NCBI GenBank assembly: GCA_964016885.1
Contig: OZ024742.1
Coordinates: 303,304,001 to 303,368,000, forward strand
Source of the DNA: Eledone cirrhosa
Lineage: Eukaryota
DNA: 64,000 nt
Direction of reading: 5' to 3'
In this document: piece by piece, positions 38,531 through 52,313 of the stretch
How positions within the stretch are numbered: the stretch's first letter is position 1
Layout: each line of letters begins with the position of its first letter
Position numbers and translations under genes: made by a program
Notes under the pieces: model-generated
Told to the model about the DNA's origin: nothing
The model's input: only the letters and a program-made list of their open reading frames with translations
The model's database searches: none

Positions 38531-39838
38531 TGTTTCTTTATTAGCGACAGGGGCACAACAGAAGGGGACAAATACAAAGGGGGAAGTTTACATACAATAA
38601 AAACGTGTAAAATACTATCACAAATGCAATTTAAAAAACAATCGATTTTCCCAAATAGGGGGAGACATTACATATGGGTAACAAATACCCCCGAAAAAAT
38701 GTGCAACCATCATCTCCAGGAGGACGAAGAGTGAGTACCCCTTTCCTCTCTTCCTCTTTTTTCCTCATCCTACAGGCTGATAGAGAGAGAAGGCCCATTC
38801 ACTCGGGCCATTCTCGCCACTTTCACCCACCTCTCATAAAACTTGCACCTCTCTCTCCATCCTGATTCTTCTTCCAAATTGGTATTTGAAAAAATGAATC
38901 AGTTGTTGGCCGGAGAGAAAGGTGTCTGACCTCAGCCCTTTTAACCTCGTCCACCATACAACCTCTTTCGCCATAGCTATCACACAGAGGAAAACCGCCT
39001 CTCCTTCGTTTTTGAAGGAGGGTTGCGGTTTGATCATGACAATGGACTCGGTGGCCAACCGGATTGGTCCCACACGCGACAGTAGTCGTTCTACATAGCC
39101 CCACAGGTCGGTAACGCCCGGGCAGTGTACGAATGCGTGCGCGACGGTTTCTTCGGACAGACCTTTTTCGAAGGGTCCCTACCCGGGCGCCCGTGTCTGT
39201 AGAGCGTGTCTCGAACTGGTAGAGCTCTTCGGTAGCACTGCCAGGCCAGGGACATTTGAAGTTGTCCATCGGTCCCGGGTGGAAGGTCCTACCGAACAGA
39301 CTGGCCAGTTCGTCTTCCTCTACGCCTAGAGTTTCTCCGAGCAAGTCGTCGCACTTGCTGCAGACCAACCCTCTATAGAATGACGAAGTGGAGACTCCAC
39401 TGTTCGCTGGGTCCGCCTGCCAGAGGGCTGTGAGCGTACATTCGATGTGCCAGTCGCCAATTTTCCTCGGTATTTTCTTGACCCAGGACTGCAGCTCGGT
39501 CAGCGAGACGAGTCGTAGGAAGGCTCGCCTCACGAACGGCGCCCACACCGGTTGTCCGGTGAGGAATACTTGGAGATGCTACAGCCTGAGCGCGTGTTTG
39601 CGCACCGTCAGCCGACTTCCTCGATTTGCGAGGTGCTCGACACCGCTTTCTGCAGTACGGGTTCCAGAGAGATTCCCTTCAATAGCTCCAACTTCCGTAG
39701 TAGTGGCTCGAGAGTCAGTATGTACAGAAGGGAGGTGAGAGGGCATCTCTGTCGGATGGATCGCGTGATATGGAACAGCTCCGAGAGGTAGCCGTTCACC
39801 TTGACCTCTGAGCAGATGTTGCTGCTGTACAATGCAAG
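38531..39838 (-). mobile_element. Tx1 LINE 3' part with internal deletions
   Basis: SIRQRCPLTSLLY, WAPFVRRAF, WWTRLKGLRSDTFLSG; closely similar to the 8110-9900 copy. Confidence 0.9.
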
Positions 39839-39842
39839 AAAA

Positions 39843-39997
<155 letters not shown>

Positions 39998-40025
39998 GCT
40001 AGGTACCTAGCTAGATAGATAGATA

Positions 40026-40694
40026 AGTTTCTATTTATTTACCACGAAGGCACAAAAGACGGGGACAAATACAAGGGGGGGGGGGTTACATAAAGGAACG
40101 AGTAAAACACAAATAACAAATATAAAATTAACAATACAGTCATGAATAGGGAGGAGGCGTTTTGGGGATTACACACACACCCGAAAAAGTGTGAAACCCT
40201 TTTCCTTAGGAGCACAGAGAGGGTGTGCTCCTTTGAACTTCCACCTTTCCACCTACAGGCTGATAAAGAGAGAAGGTCCATTCAAACGGGCCATTCTCGC
40301 TACTTTCACCCACCTTTCATAAAACTTGCTGGGGTAGAGCACCTCTCTCTCCATTCTGATCCTTATCTTAAAATGGTATTTAAAGAAAAGGACCAGTTGT
40401 TGGCCGGAGAGAAAGGTGTCCGACCTCAGCCCTTCCAAACGTGTCCACCATACCACCTCTTTCACCATGGCTATTGCACAGGGGAAGACCGCCTCTCCTT
40501 CATTTTTGAAGGGGGGAGGCGGCTTGATCGTTACAATGGACTCGGTGGTCAACCGGATTGGTCCCAGCCGTGACAGCAGTCGTTCGACATAGCCCCACAG
40601 ATCGGTAACGCCCGAGCAGTGTACCAATTACTGTTAACACGTAATATATCCAATAATCGAGGGACCGATGTGAAGAACGTCTATACCATCCGGA
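40026..40694 (-). mobile_element. Short Tx1 derivative (3' end plus possible 5' terminus) in (TAGA)n
   Basis: ORF 40253-40627 is the Tx1 ORF2 C-terminus; both flanks are (TAGA)n. Confidence 0.85.
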
Positions 40695-42645
40695 GATAGA
40701 TAGATAGATAGATAGATAGATAGGTAGATAGATACATAGCTAAATGTGCACTTTGTGCTGCAGTGGGATTTAGCGTGAAACTGATAAAATGAATGAACAT
40801 TACAAATTTAAAGAGAGCGAAGGGTCAGGTAAAATTACGTTATTTTGTTGATATTTTAAATGTAGTGTTCCTCGACAATATCTGAAGATAAATTAATGTA
40901 AATACATAACTCTTTGGAATTGAATTAGTGATGTTGGTTTGAATTCAACCTGAAGCTAATTTATTTGAACTATGATATTACTACTTTGCAAAGACATAAT
41001 CGTCATAAAATCAAACGTTATCTTCATTTTATAACGGTTACCGAAACCACTATAGGTCAAAACATTATTGTTTGCCAATTCATACAATAGTGATGAATCC
41101 GTTGAATATTTACTGAAAGCATTTAAGGGTTTCATATTTAGATTGTGTTGAAGTATTTCTTTCAGTTTGTAAAGCAATAAGACATTTTAAGTATTAATAT
41201 TTACATGAATAAACAATCAAATGACTGGTAGAAATTAATTCGTATCAAAGCCTCAGATTGATATGTGTGTTTATTAGAGACCGTCTGCATAATACATAAT
41301 TAATTATATTTACATTTAATATCTTTATCATTTATTTATTATTATTTTCAGAAAATGACAGAAAATATTTTCCAACCTTTATCATTATTATTTTTGCGTG
41401 AGAAGAGTGTCAAAAGATTACTCTTCAATCAAAAGTCTTTTTCATGCTAAACTTTTAACATATGGAGATGTCATAAAGGATTTAATATATTTTCATTAAA
41501 GTCGAAACAGATCGGTGCATCTCAAATTTGCAGACTGTTCTGCACTGCCGCACGATTTCTTGTATTCTGTTTGTTCTGCTGTTTTTTCCACGTTTAGGTG
41601 ATCAAAGTTTGCTGCCATCTTGCATCAAGTCAACTCACAAGACCGTCACGCATTCTTGCCTGCATTGCACGCTCTTATCTGAAAGAGACAGAAATGTGAT
41701 CGCCCGCTACGATGTCCGGTTAATAAACGCACTACACACTCACCCATGCATCAGTGCAGATTCACACAAATAGACAAACACAATTAAACAAATATTCGAT
41801 CAAGCACACACGCACGGACACACATATAAATAGACACACACACACACAGAGGCACTCGCACAAACGTATATGCACACAAACATACATCACCCATACACAG
41901 AAAATCAAAGCGGGGGTTATATCTGGAAATTACTTTATTTTCTTGCTATTTTCAAATTATTTCTATTTTCAGATGACCAAAACTAAATAAAGAAATACAC
42001 AAAATGTTAATGGAACAACATAATCAGTTAACACTGTCTGAGCATGAATTATTAGCAATGGCTTTCCCACTGCCTATGTTCTGATGCACGAAAAGAATTA
42101 TATTTAATGATTTTCCTTCAGGGCGTGAGACGTCGTAGGGCAGATTTTACAACTCAACTATTAAAGAGAGTGATTCACTTCCAATATATATTTGAATTTA
42201 CACCATTCCATTAAGCTCGCCATAAACATCAGACCGTTTCGTCTATGAAATAATGCAATAATAGGCTATACATCTTGTTTATATTTCAGTAGATATTAAA
42301 AACATATTTCAACGAAATGAAAATTATCTATTCATAATTGATAATAAATGCTCTCTGCCAGAATTATTTTCTTTCGACATATGACACAAGCGAATCAGCA
42401 CTAAATGAAAGCTATATATATATATACATATATATTCGTGGTGTTGATGAACATGGAAATGAGTACTCAATACAGAAGTAGTATTTAAATATACATCATT
42501 AAGGCTAAGTAATGAAACTTGTTTCACTGTAATTTCACCTCTATATTCACAGGACCATCAGAGCATCCTGTGAATATATAGCTGAATTTCCGAAGTAACA
42601 AAACGCATCAGATAACCATGAAAAAGTAAACAATATATATATATA

Positions 42646-42703
<58 letters not shown>

Positions 42704-42772
42704 TATATATATATAAATATATATATATATAAATAGAAAGATTTGAATGGATACAGTTTAGTTGAAAGGAAT

Positions 42773-42889
42773 TTATTGACACGTGTTTCTATAACAGTTA
42801 CATAACCTAAAACAGCTATCTACAAACTTTTAGTTATGCAGACATTCAATATTTCAATGTTATTATTTACTGTCATTTCATCAGAATAA
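42773..42889 (-). ncRNA. Hammerhead ribozyme motif (mirror of 48401-48517)
   Basis: Reverse complement of the right-arm motif. Confidence 0.75.
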
Positions 42890-43475
42890 TATTACTGAGG
42901 ACCTATTTAGTTTTTATAGAGAATATTAGGAGGGAGGGGTGAAGTTGTTAGAAGAATAGTTGAAGGAGTGGTTTTTCGATAGCAGTGAGAATTCTTGGTG
43001 GCAGTGAGTAATTAGATTCCCATCTGTTGTTTTGACATTTTTTATAGAATATATTATTGGTTATTTTTCTAAATCTATAGAAGTATTAGAGATAGTTAAG
43101 ATATGCGTGGTTGGTTTTGTGTTTGCACTTAATTAACATTCAGACTTAAATTTTTCTTTCAAGTGTACGTATCCTTTCACCCACGCATTCACACACAAAT
43201 ATATTTGCACACCTCTACAAAATACATATACACACAATTCACATATTCATACTTACATATATATACACATGCATACACATATATATACACACATGTATTC
43301 ATGTACATACATACGCGCTCATGTGTATACATTTTCATACTCAACTTATCTTTATATACACACGTATAGACACACACATATATACATAAATACTCTAGTC
43401 CATGTGTACACACATACACATACATACACATCCATATACACATATATACATACACATATATACATACATATATAC

Positions 43476-43540
<65 letters not shown>

Positions 43541-43867
43541 CATATACATACATACACAAACATACATATACACACATATACATATATATATATATATAAG
43601 CACTTTAATACATGAATACACTTACATCTAACTATACACATCAAACATATATATATATTTACTTATTTATATACATTTTCACATATATATACATACTTAT
43701 GGACGTTTTTAGACACATTCATTATCGCATATTTGTACCTATTCTCATCAGCATATCTTTTCATTATTAGTATGGTAATTTAAGGTTATTAATATATGTT
43801 GAGAAGAGATTGTTTTTATATTTTTCTAACTAGATTAAGGTTTATATAGTTGGGAGATGTCCCTCTT

Positions 43868-45583
43868 TTATGTAATATTCGGCTTGTAGTGGGAAAAAAG
43901 GGTTTTAGTTCTGTGACGGCAGAATAATGTTCGTTCAATTCTGTTATTCAGCAGTTTCTTCTTGTGTGTGATTATGTAATAAATCTCAAGATTACACAAT
44001 TTGCAGAAATTTTGGCTCCTGGAAAAGCTTTGGGTTTTAGCTAATTTTTCCCATTTTAGGGTAAACTTTTGATCGCTATCCCTGAGCGTCCAAGCTTTTT
44101 CTGCTAGAGTTGTTACATTTCTTTGGCTCTGGTGTTTTATTGAGTAAGAATGCCTATACAATCGAGATTTAAACGATGTTGCCGTTGATCCCACGTAATA
44201 CCACTCGTTGCCTCCGGATTTAATGGTACACTTATAAATAATATTTTTTTCCAGGCAGTTATTGCCGAGGGGGCAGTTGTCAGGATAGGTGCAGTTACAG
44301 TTGTGTACGTTGGGTTTTCTCTGGAGTAGTATTGCGGACGAACTTAGGTGTGGTTTATTTATGTTCTGTAGTGTATTGTCTACTGTTTTTTTTGTGTTCT
44401 TTGTACTTAAGTTCTTAGTGTTTTCGTTTAACCTTCTAGTATTGATCTTTTTTATGTGTTGTTCAAGGTTTAACGCTGTAGAGTATGACAGTCTTATAGT
44501 GGTAGGGTTTAGGATTTTGTGGTATTTGTGTGATGTGGGAAAATGTCTTTTAATTATTTTAAAGAAGAGTACTGGTAAATTTGTACTAATGGAGCTATTG
44601 TATTCGGGGTTATACCATAAGTACTCTTTGCATCGCTTTCTATTAGTTTTGTTTGTTGGTTTACTGGTGTGCATACTATGGTAGTAAGTGTGGTTTGGTG
44701 TTGTGTTATTATATCTACCTATGTGGGATTTATTTTGGGTGTTTTGATTGTTCCCATCTATGTACTCTATTTTGTTGAGGTAGCCTGCTTTACTAAGGGC
44801 GTTATCGTAGTACTCGGCGTGTTCCTTAAATACTTGTATGTTAGAAGATAGACCCGAGATTCTAAGGGAAATATTTTTAGGGATAGATTTAATTATAGAG
44901 ATGGGGTGGTTAGACCCAACATTTACGTATTTGAGATTTTCATTCAATTTATGAAACGGTTTAATCAAACCAGAGTTTAAATTGAGTGTGACATCCAGGA
45001 AGTTAACTACTTTAAGGTTGTATTCATATGTTATAGTTAGTCCTATTTCGAGTAGTAGTTTTCTTATATCTTTGCGTAGTTTTTCTAGTTTTTGGTTATT
45101 AAGGTTTTTAGCTAGGAGGAGAACATCGTCGCGGTATATTCCGCCGTGGAGATTGCTGAATTTTTCCTGGAGTCTAAAGGCGATAAATAACCCCACAATA
45201 TCAGTTATTTCCGCCGAATCGTTAGAGCCCATTGTTATGTCAAAGTTAGAGGGTCTATCTTTACGTACCCAATAACTGTTCTCAAATTTGACTATAGTTT
45301 TCCTAGCTTCTAATATAATCTTAATTTCATCGTTTGTAAGGTCAGAGTTATCCTTAGCAAACTTAATGGCTCTATTCAAAGTTTCAGGTGATATCGATGA
45401 GTAATATTCATCGATATCAAACTGGATAAACTTAGATTTATTCTTATTGCTAATGCTATTAAACCATCTTATTGCTTCTTGGGTCTTCCCCCAGAGTTTA
45501 ATGTTAACCTTAGCCTTAATTTGGGGGATGATTCTATCTAAGATATATTTGCTTATTTTACCTATATCTGATTTAGAGGGGCA
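43868..45583 (-). CDS. PLE RT plus GIY-YIG endonuclease, 5'-truncated inverted copy
   Basis: Uninterrupted frame nearly identical to the plus copy; retains the DITMGS motif. Confidence 0.85.
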   Translation of the reverse strand, partial: CPSKSDIGKISKYILDRIIPQIKAKVNIKLWGKTQEAIRWFNSISNKNKSKFIQFDIDEYYSSISPETLNRAIKFAKDNSDLTNDEIKIILEARKTIVKFENSYWVRKDRPSNFDITMGSNDSAEITDIVGLFIAFRLQEKFSNLHGGIYRDDVLLLAKNLNNQKLEKLRKDIRKLLLEIGLTITYEYNLKVVNFLDVTLNLNSGLIKPFHKLNENLKYVNVGSNHPISIIKSIPKNISLRISGLSSNIQVFKEHAEYYDNALSKAGYLNKIEYIDGNNQNTQNKSHIGRYNNTTPNHTYYHSMHTSKPTNKTNRKRCKEYLWYNPEYNSSISTNLPVLFFKIIKRHFPTSHKYHKILNPTTIRLSYSTALNLEQHIKKINTRRLNENTKNLSTKNTKKTVDNTLQNINKPHLSSSAILLQRKPNVHNCNCTYPDNCPLGNNCLEKNIIYKCTIKSGGNEWYYVGSTATSFKSRLYRHSYSIKHQSQRNVTTLAEKAWTLRDSDQKFTLKWEKLAKTQSFSRSQNFCKLCNLEIYYIITHKKKLLNNRIERTLFCRHRTKTLFSHYKPNIT

Positions 45584-45592
45584 TGCGAAATA

Positions 45593-47422
45593 GTGAAAAA
45601 TCTCGGAATCGAAGATAGGACAGGACCACTCTTACCGGCGGTACCCACCTTCAATCTTAAGGACCACAAGGTAAACTTTGATAATGACCCTAAAATTAGA
45701 TTAATCTGCCCCTCTAAATCAGATATAGGTAAAATAAGCAAATATATCTTAGATAGAATCATCCCCCAAATTAAGGCTAAGGTTAACATTAAACTCTGGG
45801 GGAAGACCCAAGAAGCAATAAGATGGTTTAATAGCATTAGCAATAAGAATAAATCTAAGTTTATCCAGTTTGATATCGATGAATATTACTCATCGATATC
45901 ACCTGAAACTTTGAATAGAGCCATTAAGTTTGCTAAGGATAACTCTGACCTTACAAACGATGAAATTAAGATTATATTAGAAGCTAGGAAAACTATAGTC
46001 AAATTTGAGAACAGTTATTGGGTACGTAAAGATAGACCCTCTAACTTTGACATAACAACGGGCTCTAACGATTCGGCGGAAATAACTGATATTGTGGGGT
46101 TATTTATCGCCTTTAGACTCCAGGAAAAATTCAGCAATCTCCACGGCGGAATATACCGCGACGATGTTCTCCTCCTAGCTAAAAACCTTAATAACCAAAA
46201 ACTAGAAAAACTACGCAAAGATATAAGAAAACTACTACTCGAAATAGGACTAACTATAACATATGAATACAACCTTAAAGTAGTTAACTTCCTGGATGTC
46301 ACACTCAATTTAAACTCTGGTTTGATTAAACCGTTTCATAAATTGAATGAAAATCTCAAATACGTAAATGTTGGGTCTAACCACCCCATCTCTATAATTA
46401 AATCTATCCCTAAAAATATTTCCCTTAGAATCTCGGGTCTATCTTCTAACATACAAGTATTTAAGGAACACGCCGAGTACTACGATAACGCCCTTAGTAA
46501 AGCAGGCTACCTCAACAAAATAGAGTACATAGATGGGAACAATCAAAACACCCAAAATAAATCCCACATAGGTAGATATAATAACACAACACCAAACCAC
46601 ACTTACTACCATAGTATGCACACCAGTAAACCAACAAACAAAACTAATAGAAAGCGATGCAAAGAGTACTTATGGTATAACCCCGAATACAATAGCTCCA
46701 TTAGTACAAATTTACCAGTACTCTTCTTTAAAATAATTAAAAGACATTTTCCCACATCACACAAATACCACAAAATCCTAAACCCTACCACTATAAGACT
46801 GTCATACTCTACAGCGTTAAACCTTGAACAACACATAAAAAAGATCAATACTAGAAGGTTAAACGAAAACACTAAGAACTTAAGTACAAAGAACACAAAA
46901 AAAACAGTAGACAATACACTACAGAACATAAATAAACCACACCTAAGTTCGTCCGCAATACTACTCCAGAGAAAACCCAACGTACACAACTGTAACTGCA
47001 CCTATCCTGACAACTGCCCCCTCGGCAATAACTGCCTGGAAAAAAATATTATTTATAAGTGTACCATTAAATCCGGAGGCAACGAGTGGTATTACGTGGG
47101 ATCAACGGCAACATCGTTTAAATCTCGATTGTATAGGCATTCTTACTCAATAAAACACCAGAGCCAAAGAAATGTAACAACTCTAGCAGAAAAAGCTTGG
47201 ACGCTCAGGGATAGCGATCAAAAGTTTACCCTAAAATGGGAAAAATTAGCTAAAACCCAAAGCTTTTCCAGGAGCCAAAATTTCTGCAAATTGTGTAATC
47301 TTGAGATTTATTACATAATCACACACAAGAAGAAACTGCTGAATAACAGAATTGAACGAACATTATTCTGCCGTCACAGAACTAAAACCCTTTTTTCCCA
47401 CTACAAGCCGAATATTACATAA
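45593..47422 (+). CDS. PLE reverse transcriptase plus C-terminal GIY-YIG endonuclease, 5'-truncated
   Basis: 609-aa frame: FDIDEYYSSI, YRDD, NFLDVTL, SNHP, CNCTYPDNCPLGNNC linker, IIYKC..YYVGST..FKSRLYRH, CKLCNLE. Confidence 0.92.
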   Translation: MKNLGIEDRTGPLLPAVPTFNLKDHKVNFDNDPKIRLICPSKSDIGKISKYILDRIIPQIKAKVNIKLWGKTQEAIRWFNSISNKNKSKFIQFDIDEYYSSISPETLNRAIKFAKDNSDLTNDEIKIILEARKTIVKFENSYWVRKDRPSNFDITTGSNDSAEITDIVGLFIAFRLQEKFSNLHGGIYRDDVLLLAKNLNNQKLEKLRKDIRKLLLEIGLTITYEYNLKVVNFLDVTLNLNSGLIKPFHKLNENLKYVNVGSNHPISIIKSIPKNISLRISGLSSNIQVFKEHAEYYDNALSKAGYLNKIEYIDGNNQNTQNKSHIGRYNNTTPNHTYYHSMHTSKPTNKTNRKRCKEYLWYNPEYNSSISTNLPVLFFKIIKRHFPTSHKYHKILNPTTIRLSYSTALNLEQHIKKINTRRLNENTKNLSTKNTKKTVDNTLQNINKPHLSSSAILLQRKPNVHNCNCTYPDNCPLGNNCLEKNIIYKCTIKSGGNEWYYVGSTATSFKSRLYRHSYSIKHQSQRNVTTLAEKAWTLRDSDQKFTLKWEKLAKTQSFSRSQNFCKLCNLEIYYIITHKKKLLNNRIERTLFCRHRTKTLFSHYKPNIT

Positions 47423-47751
47423 AAGAGGGACATCCCCCAACTATATAAACCTTAATCTAGTTAGAAAAATATAAAAACAATCTCTTCTCAACATATATTA
47501 ATAACCTTAAATTACCATACTAATAATGAAAAGATATGCTGATGAGAATAGGTACAAATATGCGATAATGAATGTGTCTAAAAACGTCCATAAGTATGTA
47601 TATATATGTGAAAATGTATATAAATAAGTAAATATATATATATATGTTTGATGTGTATAGTTAGATGTAAGTGTATTCATGTATTAAAGTGCTTATATAT
47701 ATATATATATGTATATGTGTGTATATGTATGTTTGTGTATGTATGTATATG

Positions 47752-47814
<63 letters not shown>

Positions 47815-48400
47815 GTATATATGTATGTATATATGTGTATGTATATATGTGTATATGGATGTGTATGTATGTGTATGTGTGTACACATGGACTAGAGTAT
47901 GTATGTATATATGTGTGTGTCTATACGTGTGTATATAAAGATAAGTTGAGTATGAAAATGTATACACATGAGCGCGTATGTATGTACATGAATACATGTG
48001 TGTATATATATGTGTATGCATGTGTATATATATGTAAGTATGAATATGTGAATTGTGTGTATATGTATTTTGTAGAGGTGTGCAAATATATTTGTGTGTG
48101 AATGCGTGGGTGAAAGGATACGTACACTTGAAAGAAAAATTTAAGTCTGAATGTTAATTAAGTGCAAACACAAAACCAACCACGCATATCTTCACTATCT
48201 CTAATCCTTCTATAGATTTAGAAAAATAACCAATAATATATTCTATAAAAAATGTCAAAACAACAGATGGGAATCTAATTACTCACTGCCACCAAGAATT
48301 CTCACTGCTATCGAAAAACCACTCCTTCAACTATTCTTCTAACAACTTCACCCCTCCCTCCTAATATTCTCTATAAAAACTAAATAGGTCCTCAGTAATA

Positions 48401-48517
48401 TTATTCTGATGAAATGACAGTAAATAATAACATTGAAATATTGAATGTCTGCATAACTAAAAGTTTGTAGATAGCTGTTTTAGGTTATGTAACTGTTATA
48501 GAAACACGTGTCAATAA
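48401..48517 (+). ncRNA. Type I hammerhead ribozyme with ~88-nt stem II domain in the PLE 3' region
   Basis: ttatt CTGATGA a-atgacagt...actgttat-a GAAA CACGTG TC aataa; palindromic helix III; GUC site. Confidence 0.8.
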
Positions 48518-48696
48518 ATTCCTTTCAACTAAACTGTATCCATTCAAATCTTTCTATTTTTCTCCGGATTAGTTTTGGAACTACAACTGGAACCGTCGAG
48601 CAAACTCTACGTGAGCTGATAATCTACTGTGTGTAATATTTATATTACAACACAACGGAAAATACTGTATATATATATAAATATATATATATAAAT

Positions 48697-48850
<154 letters not shown>

Positions 48851-49029
48851 GGAAAGTTATATTTAAATTGTTGGGTTAACAACGAGTAAATATTTATAAC
48901 TGATATAAAAGCACTCAACAAGTATTTGGAGTATATTTATGATATTAAATAAATGCCAAATCAACCTCACAAATGCAAGGTGATTGAAAGGTATGTCGTA
49001 TCTATTTATTTATAAGACTATTTATATTG

Positions 49030-49095
49030 TATTTTGTCTGAAGATGGCATAACATATTGTTAATATGATATCCCTGAAATATATATAACGAAATA
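49030..49095 (+). ncRNA. Type I hammerhead ribozyme motif
   Basis: tattttgt CTGAAGA tggcata-acatatt-gtt-aatatg-atatccct GAAA TATATA TA acgaaata. Confidence 0.7.
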
Positions 49096-49132
49096 AATAT
49101 GGTTTTATAAATATAGTTTCCATTTATTTAAT

Positions 49133-49246
<114 letters not shown>

Positions 49247-49264
49247 TTTATATATATATATAGT

Positions 49265-49301
<37 letters not shown>

Positions 49302-49305
49302 ATTT

Positions 49306-49878
49306 AGCAGTATTGGTTATAGAGTAGTCGCCACTTTAGCAGGGTGGTAGAATCAGTGGTCGTTACTTTAACAGGGTAGATGATTGAAGGTCGTTAGTTG
49401 CCAGTGTGGTAAGTGATAGTATCCTCGTTGGATTATCTTGTTGACATAGACGTGAGGGAAGGTCCCTCGATCTATTTACCATCTATTTACAATATTCCTT
49501 TCGTCAGGTCGCCAATTCCAGCAGCATGGATTAAAGGTGTCATTGAGACACGAGTAACATAACAACGATTTCAACAGCAGTAATTAGAGATGAAATGTTT
49601 GTTTATTTATATGGTTGAAGTTACAGATAAAAAGAGGTTACAAAAGGGAATGTGCCATTGCGCCGTTAAGCCGGCGAGGCTAGGGGTGCAATATCTCACT
49701 GTTACATTATGCGTGTTGCTGGCTCGAAGTTTCTGGTACAAGCTAGAGATTCTTCAAATCTTCGCGGGGAATTTCTTCCTCCGGTCGCGTAGGGATACAT
49801 CCTCTTCTACTGGCGCTGATTGGCTGAACTGAGCCAAATCACGCACAGAGAATGTATGTGAGCCCGCGGAATGTAGGT

Positions 49879-49885
<7 letters not shown>
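49306..49885 (-). mobile_element. Candidate LTR retrotransposon 5' end (LTR, PBS, leader)
   Basis: Minus strand starts TGTAGTG, contains aataaa, and has TGGCGACC (PBS-like) at 49514-49507; embedded in (TA)n; no second LTR seen. Confidence 0.4.
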
Positions 49886-49958
<73 letters not shown>

Positions 49959-50787
49959 TGTTAATTAGTTAGCGATTAGTTTTGCAGTGGTTTAGGTAGG
50001 ATTAAGCACTCAACGTCAGTATACCTTTCGTAGTATGATATGGGATAATGCTGGTCTGCGTATGACGGAGTATTGAGTAATAACTTTTATAGTATTTCCT
50101 TGCTATCTGTTAGATGCTTGTAAGATTTCAGATACGATTTCAGTAGATAGATTCTACTAAATATAAAAGCTTAACAAATAGAGAGAGAAAGTCGATATTC
50201 TATAACGCTTGATCACAGAAACTGATACAAAAAGCAAATCAACGTCATCACAGCATCCACAAGACATAACAGCCCAATCTAACACCTAATCACACGACAA
50301 AGGTAAGACGTGTTCGAGACTGCCTCTGCAGTGCACACACAACAGCTAGAATGACTTTGAGCAGGCGTTGACATGGGGCTAAACATCCAAGACAGCAGAA
50401 AATACATGACTGCAGTAATATTGTTGGATTTCCCATAAGGAGTCAACGTCCTACCCCAATCACTAAATAGGAGATTTAGTTTAATATATGAGAAGATCAA
50501 TGAAACTGATATAATCTACATTTAAAATGTTGAATCATATTCAGTCGGCGTGTGAATTACAAAGGTAGTGCAGTGATGTGTCCAAACGTCACTTAGACTA
50601 CGTCTTGCTGCCAAATGAGTGCCAAGATAGAGAAGTGAAAACATTTAGAGATATAAATATCTCAGTACAAAGGACAAACCTGAAAAGTTGAATGGTATAT
50701 CTTGTTTTCTTAATAGACATCGTGATAAGAGACTCGTGGTTGAACATATGCATACTGTTGTTCAGGTGACAGCGGTAGTGTTTGTGT

Positions 50788-50838
50788 TGATGATGATGAT
50801 GATGATGATGATGATAATGATGGCATAGATGATGATAA

Positions 50839-50872
<34 letters not shown>

Positions 50873-51180
50873 GATGATGATGACGATTATGATGATGATA
50901 ATAATGATGGCATTGATGATAGATGATGATGATGATGATGAACACGATGATGAGGATTATGTTGATCATGATATTGACAATGATGATGATGTTAATGACA
51001 ATGATGATGATGAAGATGGTGATGATAATGATGAAGAAGATGATGATGATGATGATGATGATGATGATAATGTTGTTGGTGCAGAAAATGGAAACGATAA
51101 TGGTGTTAACGAGAAAGATGATGATGATGTTCCCGATAGTAATGTCAATGGTGGTAATGATAATCATAACATTTATGATG
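50788..51180. repeat. Imperfect (GAT)n microsatellite
   Basis: Direct inspection. Confidence 0.9.
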
Positions 51181-51767
51181 TGAAGGCTTCAGCGTACTTA
51201 AACGTAAATTGTAGGCGGGAATATCTGAAATACTACACACGAATGTGCGCGTCTGTGTATATCTCTTTGAGTATCGTGTGTATATGTGTTTTGAGCGTGT
51301 GCGTAAATTTTTGTGTGTAATTTTGCTGTATGTGTACGTGTGTGTGTCGTATGTGTAGGTTTGTAGTGTATGTATAATTGTTCTCCTTGTGTATGTGATA
51401 TATACTCTATAAGAAGGAAATTATATAAAAAAAATTATGAAAGAAAGAAAATAGTGAATGTAAAAATATGAAAGAAAAACGATGTTTACAGACATTTAGG
51501 GAAAGCAAGATAAAAAGGTTGAAAAGGTGAGAGAGAAACAGTGTGAGAGATAAAGAGGAAGAACAAAGAAACAATTAGAGAAATGGAGGGAGATCAATTG
51601 ATATATATATATATCAATTCATATATATATATATATAGAAAGAGAGATAGATAGATAGATAGACAGATAGATAGACAGATAGATAGATAAATATATATAT
51701 AAATATATATATAAATATAAATATATATATAAATATGTACATATACATATATATATATATATATATA

Positions 51768-51810
<43 letters not shown>

Positions 51811-52271
51811 CATATATACATACATATATATATACACACACATAAATATATATATATATATATATATAATGAGAAAGATAGAGAAATAAATTAATAAATA
51901 TAAGCAGAGAACGAAAGAATGAGAAGGAGTGCGATGGGTGTAAGATGCGAAGGAAATGTCAAATTAGAAAATAACAGTAGAAAATGATTGAATTTCATGT
52001 GCACATACTAAGAATAAATTTGATTGACTCGGAGAGAGGGAAGTCATTTCCTACGGCAATAAATAAGATTAAGACATTTTGCTTTATCTTGAAAACAAAA
52101 ATGTACAACCAAACAAAGAGACACGTACGTAACTATAGAAACGGGAAAACATATGTTTATGTATATGTTTATAGACACACACCCAGTTATATGCAAGTAC
52201 ACACACACACGCACACACGCATATATATATATGCGAGTGTGCGTGTATATATATATATATATATATATATA

Positions 52272-52313
<42 letters not shown>

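Larger units (their letters stand above)
42731..48666. mobile_element. Penelope-like element (Hydra-type) as a 5.8-kb palindrome
   Basis: Arms 42731-45583 and 45707-48560 are near-identical reverse complements with a 123-bp spacer; extra ~105-bp 3' tail on the right; (TA)n on both sides. Confidence 0.95.

Noticed and set aside
41490-41760. GC-richer unique block with aagatggc motif and a short minus-strand ORF
   Set aside because: Could be a promoter or first exon, but cannot be supported from sequence alone
50598-51320. Poly-Asp, poly-His and poly-Met ORFs
   Set aside because: (GAT)n microsatellite; no splice or domain support
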